Positions 21,703-30,873 of a stretch of 64,000 nt of DNA are shown here, one piece after another. Every line of letters begins with the position of its first letter. Within the stretch, counting starts at the first letter, position 1. Origin of the DNA: Candidatus Latescibacterota bacterium (lineage in GTDB: Bacteria > Latescibacterota > UBA2968 > UBA8231); contig OZ241867.1 in the NCBI GenBank assembly GCA_965203175.1, positions 3,936,001-4,000,000 of the forward strand, given 5' to 3'. Under the pieces are notes generated by a model. The model was not told where the DNA came from. It worked only from the letters and a program-made list of their open reading frames with translations, and searched no databases. The translations under genes were made by a program, and so were the position numbers.

Positions 21703-22485
21703 ATGCGTAATTTTGCCGCCGTGTACACCAAGGAGATGCGCTCCTATTTTGTTTCGCCGGTCGCCTATGTGATCGCCGGCGTCTTCCTATTTCTCTCGGG
21801 CTATCTGTTTCGCAACATCCTGATGCAGTTCAACCTCTGGTGCTTGCAATTTGGCCAGCGGGCGCAGATGGGCATGGGGGGGATGCCGGCGCTCAATCTC
21901 AACGAGATGGTCGTCACCCAATTCTTCGCGGTCATGGACTTCATCTGGCTCTTGGTCATCCCGATGCTGACCATGCGGCTGTTTGCCGAGGAGAAGAAGT
22001 CGGGGACCATCGAATTGCTGATGACCTCGCCGCTGCGCACCATCGAGGTGATGTTGGGCAAGTTTTTTGCCTGCTTTTCGCTCTACGGCATCATCGTCAG
22101 CCTGACGCTGATTTACTTTCTCATCCTCGAAGTGTACGGCTCGCCCGACTGGGGCCCGATTTTTTCCGGCTACTTAGGCTACTTGTTCCTCGGCGCGACC
22201 TTTATCTCCGTAGGCATCTTGGCCTCGGCGCTGACTGAAAATCAGATCGTCGCCGTGCTGCTGACCTTTGGCATGTTGCTCCTGTTCTGGCTCATCGACT
22301 GGTCGGCGAGCTTTGCCGGCCCGACAGCCGCCAAAATCCTGCAGTACCTCTCCTTTATAGCACACCTCGAAGATTTCCAGCGCGGAGTCATAGACACCAA
22401 GGACGTGGTGTTCTACCTAAGCTTTACCTTTTTCTGCTTGTTTTTGACCACGCGTGTCATTGAATCGCGGAGATGGAGGCGCTGA
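21703..22485 (+). CDS. ABC-2 permease (GldF-like)
   Basis: KEMRSYFVSPVAY, TMRLFAEEKKSGTIELLMTSP, TENQIVA. Confidence 0.9.
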   Translation: MRNFAAVYTKEMRSYFVSPVAYVIAGVFLFLSGYLFRNILMQFNLWCLQFGQRAQMGMGGMPALNLNEMVVTQFFAVMDFIWLLVIPMLTMRLFAEEKKSGTIELLMTSPLRTIEVMLGKFFACFSLYGIIVSLTLIYFLILEVYGSPDWGPIFSGYLGYLFLGATFISVGILASALTENQIVAVLLTFGMLLLFWLIDWSASFAGPTAAKILQYLSFIAHLEDFQRGVIDTKDVVFYLSFTFFCLFLTTRVIESRRWRR

Positions 22486-22487
22486 GT

Positions 22488-25400
22488 ATGAAGGCATATA
22501 CCACGCCCTTGGGGCTTGTCGGCGCGGCGCTGATGGTCGCGGGTGGCACGGCCTATCTGCTCAATGCCGAGAGCGGTTCGGTTGGGCTTTTCAACTTGGC
22601 CCTCGGTGCCCTGATGGTGGCCGCGGCCGGCTTGCTCAACCCGGCGCTCTTCCGCCAGTACGGCCGCTGGCTCAACGCCTTTTGGGGCGGTATCATGGTC
22701 TTTGGCATTGTGGCCATGGTCAATTTTTTGGGCAACCGCTATCCCGAGCGCTTCGACCTGACTGAGGGCCGGCTGCATAGCCTCGCCGACCTGACGGTGG
22801 AGACGCTCAAGGCGTTGGACAGGGATGTCCACGCCCTCGCCTTTATGGAGGGGGGAGAAAACGCCGAACTCGAGTTGCTGCTGGCTGAGTTGGAGACGTA
22901 CAACACTCGCTTCAGCTACGAATTCATCGACCCGGACCGCGATCCGGGTCGCACCGAGGACTACGGCATCCGCCGCTACGACACGCTGGTGTTGGAAAGC
23001 GGCGACAAACAGCAGCAAATCACCGAGCTCGAAGAGCGCGAGATCGTCAACTCGCTGCTCAAGCTGACGCGCGAGCGCCAAGACCGGATCTACTTGACGG
23101 TGGGGCACGGCGAGCGCAGGCTGGCAAACCAACCCGATGGGCTGGAGCAGCTCCAGGCTCAATTGACAGAAATCGACTACGCAGTCGAGGATTCGCTTTT
23201 TCTCGCTCGCGAGGGGGCGGTGCCCGAAGATTGCGCCGTGCTGGTCATCGCTGGCCCGCGCACGCCCTTCTTCCCGGTGGAGGTTGAGGCCATACGCTCC
23301 TATCTAGCAGAAGGCGGAGCCTTGCTGTTGCTTTTGGACCCGCTCGCCGACAGCGGCTTAGTAGAGCTGTTGGACGAGTGGGGCGTGGCGGTCGGCGACG
23401 ATTTCGTCATTGATACCAGCGGTATTGGCTCGCTCTTTGGCCTCGATTTTACCACGCCGGTCGCCCTTTCCTACGGCGACCATCCGGTCACGCGTAAGCA
23501 CCAGGGCTTGATGACCTTCTTCCAACTCGGGCGCTCAGTGCGCTTTGACGAGAGCAGCGGCCGCGAAGGAGGGGCCTTGGTTATGACGTCGGAGGCCGGT
23601 TGGGCCGAAACCGACTTGAGCGTGCTCACCAGCGAGGGCGATCAGACGGTCAAGCTCGACGAGGGCGTCGATCAGCCCGGGCCGGTATCCTTAGCCGTCG
23701 CCGCCCGAGACACCGAGGCCGGGGGCCGCTTGGTGGTCTTTGGGGATTCGGACTTTGCCACCAACCAGTACTTCGGTGTCCAAGGCAACGGCGACTTGGT
23801 GCTCAATGCCCTTAGTTGGCTGGCCGAGGACGAGGCCCTGATCTCGATCCGCCCCCGCGAGCCGGGCCACAATCCCATCGCCCTGACTGAAAGCGACGGC
23901 GAGTGGATTTTCTGGCTCAGCGTGGTGCTCTACCCAGGGGTGATCGCCTTGGTCGGCATTGTGGTCGTCTCGCGCAAGGGGCGCTGGAGCTTAGCCGACT
24001 TGAGCGCGGCCGGGTTGGGCATTGTGATTTCGCTAGGCATTGCCGCGCTGGTCAACTTCCTCGGCGACCGCTATCACCTCCGCAAGGACATGACGGCCGA
24101 CGCGCTGTTTACGCTGTCGGACGATACCCACCGACTCCTCTCGCCCCTTGCAGACAACGGCCAGTACGTCAGCGTCAAGACCTTCATGAGCGAAATGGAG
24201 AACATGCGCTTTGAGGATCTCTTAAGGGAGTACAGCTATGTGTCGCCCAACTTCGACTACGAGCTGCTTGATCCGCAGAAAAATCGGCTGCGCGTCGAGC
24301 AGAACAACATCCGCGAGCGCGGAACCTCGATTATTGAAGTAATCGACGAAGGACAGGTGCGCACAGAGCGCATCACCGCCCAGAGCGAAGAGGCGTTGAG
24401 CAATGCCATTCTCAAGGCACTCAAAGGCCGCGAGCTAAGGGCTTATTTCACCAGCGGCCACGGCGAGGCCGAACTCGACCAAGTCGATGAGCTCGGCTAT
24501 TCCACCCTCAAAGGTCGCCTCAAGGAGCTAAACTTCGCGGTCGAAGGGGGATTGACGCTCGCAGAGCCGGTGCCCGACGACGCTACCTTAGTGGTGGTCT
24601 TGGCACCGAAGGAGCGCTTTGTCGCGGCTGAAGCCGAAGTGCTGGGGCAATACTTGGCTCGCGGGGGCAGTGCGCTGTTTTTGCTCGATCCGGGTCAGCC
24701 GACCGGGCTTGAGGCGCTTTTGAACGAATACTCGGTGGAGCTAGGGCAGGACTTCGTCGTCGATTTGAGCGGTTTGGGCCAGCTCTTTGGCGCGGATGTC
24801 TCAGTGCCGGTAGTCATCAACTACGGCGATCACCCGATCACTGAAAAGTTGTCCGGCGGTACGATGAGCTTCTTTCCGCTGGCGCGCTCGGTGCAGATGA
24901 CCGAACACCGGCTCAAGGAGCCGGACATCGCTGCGTTGGCATACACCCACAAAAGCAGTTGGGGCGAAGCGGACCTAGCACCCATAATGGGCGAGGGCGG
25001 CGAGGTGGATTTCGATCCGGAAGTAGATATGCGCGGCCCGGTGCCGCTGGGTGTGGCTGTCTCCGCAGACGCTGATACCAGCTTGGCACCCGAAGGGCGG
25101 ACGCGGCTGGTGGTCATCGGCGACGCGGATTTTGCTTCCAATCAGTACTTTGCCCAGCAGGCCAATGGCGAGCTATTCCTCGGCAGCGTCAGTTGGCTCA
25201 CCGAGGATGAAGACCGCCTGACCATCGCCGACAAGCAACCCGCCTTTAATCCCATCAACCTGATCGGCAATCAAGGTGCGGTCATTCTCTGGGTCTCAGT
25301 GTTTATTGTGCCCTTTGCGGTCGCGTTGTCGGGCATGGTTATGGTGCTCAGGCGCGGCTATCAGACCTATGCCGACGGCTTTGTGTCGTGGCTGGTATAC

Positions 25401-25739
25401 ACCTTTTGGGGCAATGCGATGTTCTTTTTTATCAGCGGCATCATTGCCACCAGCGAGGGGGCGATCTTTGAGGGTGAGGTCAAATTGATCTCAGCCTTAG
25501 CCTCGGCAGCCATTGGCTACGGACTCTATCGGCACGCAGCGTGGGCTTGGCAATCCGGCTTGGTGTTTGCGGTGCTGTGCGCCGGCGTGGTCGCGCTGAC
25601 GATTTTTACCGGTGCCAGCCTTGGGTTCTCGCTGATTCCCAACGAGACAGTCCAACTGATCTACGCCGCGGTTTTTGTGGTTAACACGGCCATTCTCGTG
25701 TGGATTAAAAAGGTCTTTGTCCAAGAGGAGCAAGCATGA
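22488..25739 (+). CDS. GldG-like ABC auxiliary protein with two tandem modules and extra C-terminal TM helices
   Basis: Motif series repeated twice: DLT/DMT, GHGE, LLDP, DFVxD, YGDHP, WAE/WGE, GPVxL, LVVxGDxDFA, WLxED. GGAGG RBS precedes ATG 22488. Confidence 0.85.
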   Translation: MKAYTTPLGLVGAALMVAGGTAYLLNAESGSVGLFNLALGALMVAAAGLLNPALFRQYGRWLNAFWGGIMVFGIVAMVNFLGNRYPERFDLTEGRLHSLADLTVETLKALDRDVHALAFMEGGENAELELLLAELETYNTRFSYEFIDPDRDPGRTEDYGIRRYDTLVLESGDKQQQITELEEREIVNSLLKLTRERQDRIYLTVGHGERRLANQPDGLEQLQAQLTEIDYAVEDSLFLAREGAVPEDCAVLVIAGPRTPFFPVEVEAIRSYLAEGGALLLLLDPLADSGLVELLDEWGVAVGDDFVIDTSGIGSLFGLDFTTPVALSYGDHPVTRKHQGLMTFFQLGRSVRFDESSGREGGALVMTSEAGWAETDLSVLTSEGDQTVKLDEGVDQPGPVSLAVAARDTEAGGRLVVFGDSDFATNQYFGVQGNGDLVLNALSWLAEDEALISIRPREPGHNPIALTESDGEWIFWLSVVLYPGVIALVGIVVVSRKGRWSLADLSAAGLGIVISLGIAALVNFLGDRYHLRKDMTADALFTLSDDTHRLLSPLADNGQYVSVKTFMSEMENMRFEDLLREYSYVSPNFDYELLDPQKNRLRVEQNNIRERGTSIIEVIDEGQVRTERITAQSEEALSNAILKALKGRELRAYFTSGHGEAELDQVDELGYSTLKGRLKELNFAVEGGLTLAEPVPDDATLVVVLAPKERFVAAEAEVLGQYLARGGSALFLLDPGQPTGLEALLNEYSVELGQDFVVDLSGLGQLFGADVSVPVVINYGDHPITEKLSGGTMSFFPLARSVQMTEHRLKEPDIAALAYTHKSSWGEADLAPIMGEGGEVDFDPEVDMRGPVPLGVAVSADADTSLAPEGRTRLVVIGDADFASNQYFAQQANGELFLGSVSWLTEDEDRLTIADKQPAFNPINLIGNQGAVILWVSVFIVPFAVALSGMVMVLRRGYQTYADGFVSWLVYTFWGNAMFFFISGIIATSEGAIFEGEVKLISALASAAIGYGLYRHAAWAWQSGLVFAVLCAGVVALTIFTGASLGFSLIPNETVQLIYAAVFVVNTAILVWIKKVFVQEEQA

Positions 25740-27154
25740 AATTCAAGACCAATGTCGCAATCGGCGCAGTCTTCGTGGCGCTGTTGGCCTTTGTCTATTT
25801 CTACGAGATCAAAGGCGGCGAGGAGCGTCGCCAAGAAGCCGAAAAATCCAAGCAGCTATTCGCCTTCCAAGAAGATGATGCACAGCGGCTCGAACTGTTG
25901 CGCGGCGACGATGCCTTGGTGTTGGATAAGGGGACGGGTGGCTGGAACCTGAGCGCGCCTATGACCGACGGCGCGGACCAAGAGGCCGTAGAGCGCTACT
26001 TGCGCAATCTACGCGAGTGCGAGCGGGAAAAGGTGGTCGTCGATAGCGCGGCTGCGAGCGCAGCGGAAGCCGCCCAATACGGGCTTGACGCGCCGAGACT
26101 CAAGGTGCGGGTGCAAACCGAGGACGGTGCCGAGCAGGTGGTGGCTTTCGGCTCGGACAGTCCCACCGACCGCTTCACCTACGCCCAACTGCAAGGCGAC
26201 AATCCCGAGATCTTTGTGGTGCGCGCTTGGCGCTTCGACAATCTCGACAAACGCGCTTTTGACTTGCGCGACCGCCGGGTGCTGGCCTTTGCCAAAGACG
26301 AGGTAATGCAAGTGCAGCGGTGGGGTGCGGGCGGCGCGGCCGTGCTGGCGCGGGACGAACCTGACTGGCAGTTTCGCGAGCCGGTAGTCGCCCGGGTCGC
26401 CGACGATGCGGTAAACGGCTTACTCGACAAAATCGACCAAGCCGAGATCGAGGCTTTTGTCTCCGAAGATCCAGATACCACCGCCTTGGCCAGCTATGGC
26501 TTGGGGGAGCGCGCGTCGCAGGTGGAAATCGCCCTGCTCGTCGGCGAAGACCGGGCCGAGAAGCGCTTGGCCATTGGCGGCGCGGACGAACAGGGCCGTT
26601 GGTACGCGCGCGACGCCAGCCGGCCGCAAGTCTTCTTGGTCGATTCGACGCTGGTACAAGAGCTTACCAAAAGCATCTCCGACCTGCGCGACAAAAAACC
26701 CTTGCGCTTTGAGCGCGATCAGGTCGAGCGCATCGTCTTGACTCGCGGGGCTGTACCCGCGTTTGCAGCCGACAAGGACACGAGCGGTGTGTGGCATTTA
26801 TCCAAGCCTATGGGGCGCGATGCCAAATCGTGGAAGCTCAACAGCCTCTTGAGCGACTTGGAGCAACTTGAAGTCGAGGATTTTGCCGAGGAACTGCCCG
26901 CCGAGGCCACTTCTGTTTTCAGTATTGAACTCCTCGGCGAAGGGCAAGCCCTGCTGACCGCTCGCTTTAGCGCAGCCGCCGGAACCTCGTACCTGCAACA
27001 GGAAGGCGACGACGCGGTGTACGTCGTAAGTGGCGATGATTTCGCCGAGTTGGATTTGGATATAGACGACGTGGCGCAAGCGCCCAAAAAGCCGGCTGCA
27101 CCCGCCGCCAGCAGCGAAGAAGACCCCGACGACGGCGGCGCTGACAGTCCGTAA
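25736..27154 (+). CDS. DUF4340 domain protein
   Basis: N-terminal anchor, YGL..P motifs, repeated DLRD, usual neighbour of GldG. Confidence 0.8.
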   Translation: MKFKTNVAIGAVFVALLAFVYFYEIKGGEERRQEAEKSKQLFAFQEDDAQRLELLRGDDALVLDKGTGGWNLSAPMTDGADQEAVERYLRNLRECEREKVVVDSAAASAAEAAQYGLDAPRLKVRVQTEDGAEQVVAFGSDSPTDRFTYAQLQGDNPEIFVVRAWRFDNLDKRAFDLRDRRVLAFAKDEVMQVQRWGAGGAAVLARDEPDWQFREPVVARVADDAVNGLLDKIDQAEIEAFVSEDPDTTALASYGLGERASQVEIALLVGEDRAEKRLAIGGADEQGRWYARDASRPQVFLVDSTLVQELTKSISDLRDKKPLRFERDQVERIVLTRGAVPAFAADKDTSGVWHLSKPMGRDAKSWKLNSLLSDLEQLEVEDFAEELPAEATSVFSIELLGEGQALLTARFSAAAGTSYLQQEGDDAVYVVSGDDFAELDLDIDDVAQAPKKPAAPAASSEEDPDDGGADSP

Positions 27155-28086
27155 TGTATCTCGGCGGTCTGCTCGCCGCGCTAGTCGTCCTCGTTGAGGG
27201 GCTGCACGCCCAGATCCCTCGGGCTGAGGCGACCTTGGACACTGCGGCTGCTCGGGTCGGCGATCCCATCCGCCTGACGTTGACGCTCCATCACGACGCC
27301 ACTGTGCGTCCCGAGGCTCCGGACTTGCCCCAGATTCTCCGGGATTTTTCGCCTCGCTGCGCTGGTTGGCACCAACGCGAGGTCGCGACTGGCGTTGAGC
27401 TAGCGCAAGAATGCGAACTGCGTCTCTACGAACTGGGGCTGCACGAGGTACCAGCCGTGGCCGTGCCCTTTGTCACTGCTGCGGGCGACACGCTCCTGCG
27501 CGCGACTCAACCCTTAGCCATAGAGATCATCAGCGCCCGAGGCGAAGGGGAGGACCAACTGCGCGACATCAAACCGCCCGTGCTCATCAGCGGGGGAGTG
27601 CCGTTGTGGGTGGTCGTCGCAATCGGACTGCTGGCGTTGGCGCTTTGCGCGCTCGGCGGCGTTTGGCTCTGGCGTCGCCGCACCCGCACCCCAGAGCCCC
27701 CACCTCCGCCCGAGCCGATAGACTACGCGGCTGAATTCGCGCGCATTGCCAAGAGCGGCCTGTTGGAACGCGGCGAGTTCAAAACATACTACTCGCTGCT
27801 TTCGGAAAACCTGCGCCGCTTCTTGGAGGAGAGCCTGACAATTGAGGCCATGGAGCAGACCACGTCTGAACTAGCGGACGCGCTGCGGGAGGGTGAAATC
27901 GATGCCGCGCTTAGGGAGCAGATCATCGACTACTTGGCCGCGGCTGACTTGGTGAAATTCGCCCGTTTTCATCCGGCGCTGGACGCGGCCCGGCGCGCAC
28001 CGGATGTCGGCCTAGCCATATTGCGCGCCATTGAGGAGGCGGTCGCAACCCGCGCTGCCAAGGCCCATGCAGAACATCCGGTTTGA
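27154..28086 (+). CDS. Bat-operon membrane protein (Ig-like N-terminus, TM helix, DUF4381-like C-terminus)
   Basis: VGDPI, LRDIKPP, TM helix, AMEQTTSE, ADLVKFA. Confidence 0.75.
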   Translation: MYLGGLLAALVVLVEGLHAQIPRAEATLDTAAARVGDPIRLTLTLHHDATVRPEAPDLPQILRDFSPRCAGWHQREVATGVELAQECELRLYELGLHEVPAVAVPFVTAAGDTLLRATQPLAIEIISARGEGEDQLRDIKPPVLISGGVPLWVVVAIGLLALALCALGGVWLWRRRTRTPEPPPPPEPIDYAAEFARIAKSGLLERGEFKTYYSLLSENLRRFLEESLTIEAMEQTTSELADALREGEIDAALREQIIDYLAAADLVKFARFHPALDAARRAPDVGLAILRAIEEAVATRAAKAHAEHPV

Positions 28087-29071
28087 AAATCCCGAGTGGC
28101 TGTTGTTGCTCCTGCTGTTGCCCGTCTTGCTCTACAGCTATGTGCGCACGCACCGGGGTCGCCAAAGCAGCGTGCAGTTTTCCGACCTCGGCGTGTTGCG
28201 CCGCGCCACAGCGTCGCTGTGGACCAAGCTCCGGCACGGCCTCCTCGTCTTGAAGATACTCGGCTTGGGCTGCCTCATCGCGGCCATGGCCCGTCCGCAA
28301 GCCGGGCGCGAGGTGCGGGAAATATCGGGCGAGGGCATCGACATTATGCTGACCTTGGACATCTCGTCGAGTATGGAGTTGAACGACCTAGACGAGGGCC
28401 AGAAGAGCCGCTTACAGGTGGCCAAGGAAGTGGTGGCCGACTTTATCTCCGGTCGCCACAGCGACCGCATTGGCATGGTCGTCTTTGCCGGCGAGAGCTT
28501 CACCCAGTGTCCGCTGACCCTCGACTATCGAGTGCTGTTGGAGTTTCTCCAGGGCGTGGAGATTGCCAGCGAGGAATGGGATGGCACGGCCATTGGCATG
28601 GCGCTGATCAACGCCTGCAACCGCCTGCGCGACTCGGATGCCGAGAGCAAGGTAATTATCCTGCTGACCGATGGAGTGAACAACGCCGGCGAGGTCGAGC
28701 CGTTGACCGCGGCTGAGGTAGCCGCGGCCGTGGGCATTCGGGTCTATGCGATTGGCGTGGGCAGCGACGGGGAGATTCGTCGGCCCGTGCGCGGGGTTTT
28801 CGGCACTCGCTATCAGACCGTTCAGGTGGAGATCGACGAGGAAACCTTACAGGAAGTGGCTGCGCGCACCGGCGGCCAGTACTACCGAGCGACTAGCGAG
28901 AAAAAGCTAGAGGCCATCTATCGCGAAATCGGCGAATTAGAGGCGACTGAGATCAAATCCGAAATCCACCTGAGCTACTCGGAGCGCTTCGCCTATTTTC
29001 TCTACATGGGCTTGGGCTTGTTGTTATTGGAGATGCTGTTGGCCCATACCCGTTTCCGCTCGCTACCCTGA
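28067..29071 (+). CDS. batA: vWA protein BatA
   Basis: RFENP, ARPQ, MIDAS DISSSM, DRIGMVVFAG, GTAIG, LLTDGVNN. Confidence 0.88.
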   Translation: MQNIRFENPEWLLLLLLLPVLLYSYVRTHRGRQSSVQFSDLGVLRRATASLWTKLRHGLLVLKILGLGCLIAAMARPQAGREVREISGEGIDIMLTLDISSSMELNDLDEGQKSRLQVAKEVVADFISGRHSDRIGMVVFAGESFTQCPLTLDYRVLLEFLQGVEIASEEWDGTAIGMALINACNRLRDSDAESKVIILLTDGVNNAGEVEPLTAAEVAAAVGIRVYAIGVGSDGEIRRPVRGVFGTRYQTVQVEIDEETLQEVAARTGGQYYRATSEKKLEAIYREIGELEATEIKSEIHLSYSERFAYFLYMGLGLLLLEMLLAHTRFRSLP

Positions 29072-29077
29072 GTTTAT

Positions 29078-30103
29078 ATGCGCTTTGCGAACTTGTACAA
29101 TTTTTGGTTGCTGTTGCTGCTGCCCTTTCTGGCGGCCTTTTTTGCCTGGGCGCTCTGGGCGCGCCGCCGCGCCTTGGCGCATTTTGCCCGCGGCCCGCTA
29201 GCCGAGAAGCTAACCCGCAACCTGAATCGGGGCCGCCAAGTGGGCAAGCTCGTCCTATTGGGGCTGGGGACCTTCTTTGCGATCCTCGCACTGACTGGCC
29301 CCCAATTTGGCACCCAACTCGAAATGGCCGAGCGCAAGGGCGTGGACGTGATGCTGGTGCTCGACGTATCGCGCAGCATGCAGGCCGAGGACGTCAAGCC
29401 GAGCCGCTTGGCGCGGGCCAAATACCAGATTCGCGGCCTGTTAGACTTGCTACGAGGCGACCGGGTTGGGTTGGTCGTCTTTGCTGGTAAGGCCTTTGTC
29501 CAATGCCCGCTGACGACCGACTATGGTGCCGTGGAGTTGTTTCTCGACGTGCTGGACGCCGGAGCCATACCCGTCCAGGGAACGGCCATTGGCGACGCGG
29601 TGCGGCTGGCCGTGCGCTCGTTTGAGGAAGGCGAGGGCCAGCACAAGGCCGTCGTGCTGTTCACCGACGGCGAGGATCACGTGGGGCAGCCGCTGGCCGC
29701 GGCGCAGACAGCCGCCGCACAGGGCGTACGCATCTTTGCTTTGGGGTTGGGGACGCCTGCCGGCGAGCTTATCCCCACTGAGGAGGAGAGTGGCGGTGTG
29801 GGCTTTCACAAGGACCAGCGCGGCCAATACGTCAAAACTCGGCTCGACGAGAGCACCTTGCAGGACATGGCGCTGGAGACGGGGGGCGATTACTTTCGCA
29901 CTACCTTGGGCGGTGCGGAATTGGAAGCTTTATATGGCCAGATCGCCGAGATGGATCAGCGCGAAATCGGCTCTACCCGCCTCACCCGCTATCAGGAGCG
30001 TTTCCAATGGCCCTTATTACTGGCCCTTTGCTGTTTCTTTGCCGAGGCTTTCTTAGGCGATGCGCGGGTGCAGGCCCGCGAGTGGAAGGGACGGTTCGCC
30101 TAA
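29078..30103 (+). CDS. batB: vWA protein BatB
   Basis: DVSRSM, PSRLARAK, CPLTTD, TDGEDH, TRLDE. Confidence 0.88.
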   Translation: MRFANLYNFWLLLLLPFLAAFFAWALWARRRALAHFARGPLAEKLTRNLNRGRQVGKLVLLGLGTFFAILALTGPQFGTQLEMAERKGVDVMLVLDVSRSMQAEDVKPSRLARAKYQIRGLLDLLRGDRVGLVVFAGKAFVQCPLTTDYGAVELFLDVLDAGAIPVQGTAIGDAVRLAVRSFEEGEGQHKAVVLFTDGEDHVGQPLAAAQTAAAQGVRIFALGLGTPAGELIPTEEESGGVGFHKDQRGQYVKTRLDESTLQDMALETGGDYFRTTLGGAELEALYGQIAEMDQREIGSTRLTRYQERFQWPLLLALCCFFAEAFLGDARVQAREWKGRFA

Positions 30104-30873
30104 TGGGTACACTGTGGGTCGTCTTGGGGATCTGGCTGGTCGTCTGCGGAGCGACCGTGGGCGATCCCGTGGCCAGCAAGAGCGCCGAGGCGCTGGAGCA
30201 CTACCAGCGCGGCGAGTACGATCAGGCCCTACAGCTCTACCGCGACGCCCTCCTCGACCGGCCCGACGCGCCCGAGCTACACTTCAACGTCGGGGACGCG
30301 CTTTTCAAGCGCGGCGAATACGACCAAGCCCTGCGGGAATTTGAGCGCGTGCTCAGCGCCGAGGAGCAGAAAATCCAGGCGCAGGCCCATTACAATATGG
30401 GTAATAGCTTCTTTCAGCAGCAGGCGTTTGAACAGGCCGTTGCCGCGTACAAGCAGGCGCTGGAGCTAGACGCTGACGACGAGGATGCAAAGGTGAACTT
30501 GGAACTGGCGCTGGAGAAATTGCAGGAGCAGCAACAGCAGCAACAACAGCAGGATTCGGAACAGGATCAACAGGACCAAGAGCAACAGCAGGATTCAGAG
30601 CAGAGTCAACAGAATCAAGATCAGCAGCAGGATTCAGAGCAGGATCAACAGGACCAAGATCAGCAACAGCAGCAAGATTCAGAGCAGGATCAACAGGATC
30701 AGCAACAGCAGCAAAGTGAACAGGACCAACAGCCGGAGGAGCAGCCCGCCGAGCAGCAGGCTATTAGCCCCGAGGAAGCTCAGCAGCTCATGGATGCACT
30801 CAAAAACCGCGAGTTGGAAGCTCAGCAGCGCCGATTTCGCGCGACTGGCAAGGCACAGGCTAGGGACTGGTGA
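30103..30873 (+). CDS. TPR protein with Gln-rich linker (BatC-like)
   Basis: ATG 30103 overlaps the batB stop; TPRs (HYNMGN, NLELA), Q-rich region, ends DW. Confidence 0.85.
   Translation: MGTLWVVLGIWLVVCGATVGDPVASKSAEALEHYQRGEYDQALQLYRDALLDRPDAPELHFNVGDALFKRGEYDQALREFERVLSAEEQKIQAQAHYNMGNSFFQQQAFEQAVAAYKQALELDADDEDAKVNLELALEKLQEQQQQQQQQDSEQDQQDQEQQQDSEQSQQNQDQQQDSEQDQQDQDQQQQQDSEQDQQDQQQQQSEQDQQPEEQPAEQQAISPEEAQQLMDALKNRELEAQQRRFRATGKAQARDW
30527..30730 (+). repeat. Imperfect 39-45 bp tandem repeat encoding QDSEQDQQDQ(E/D)QQ
   Basis: Units start near 30550, 30589, 30628, 30673 and 30712. Confidence 0.85.

Noticed and set aside
30527-30730. Regularly spaced repeats resembling a CRISPR array
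   Set aside because: They are in-frame Gln-rich coding repeats with no unique spacers and no cas genes.
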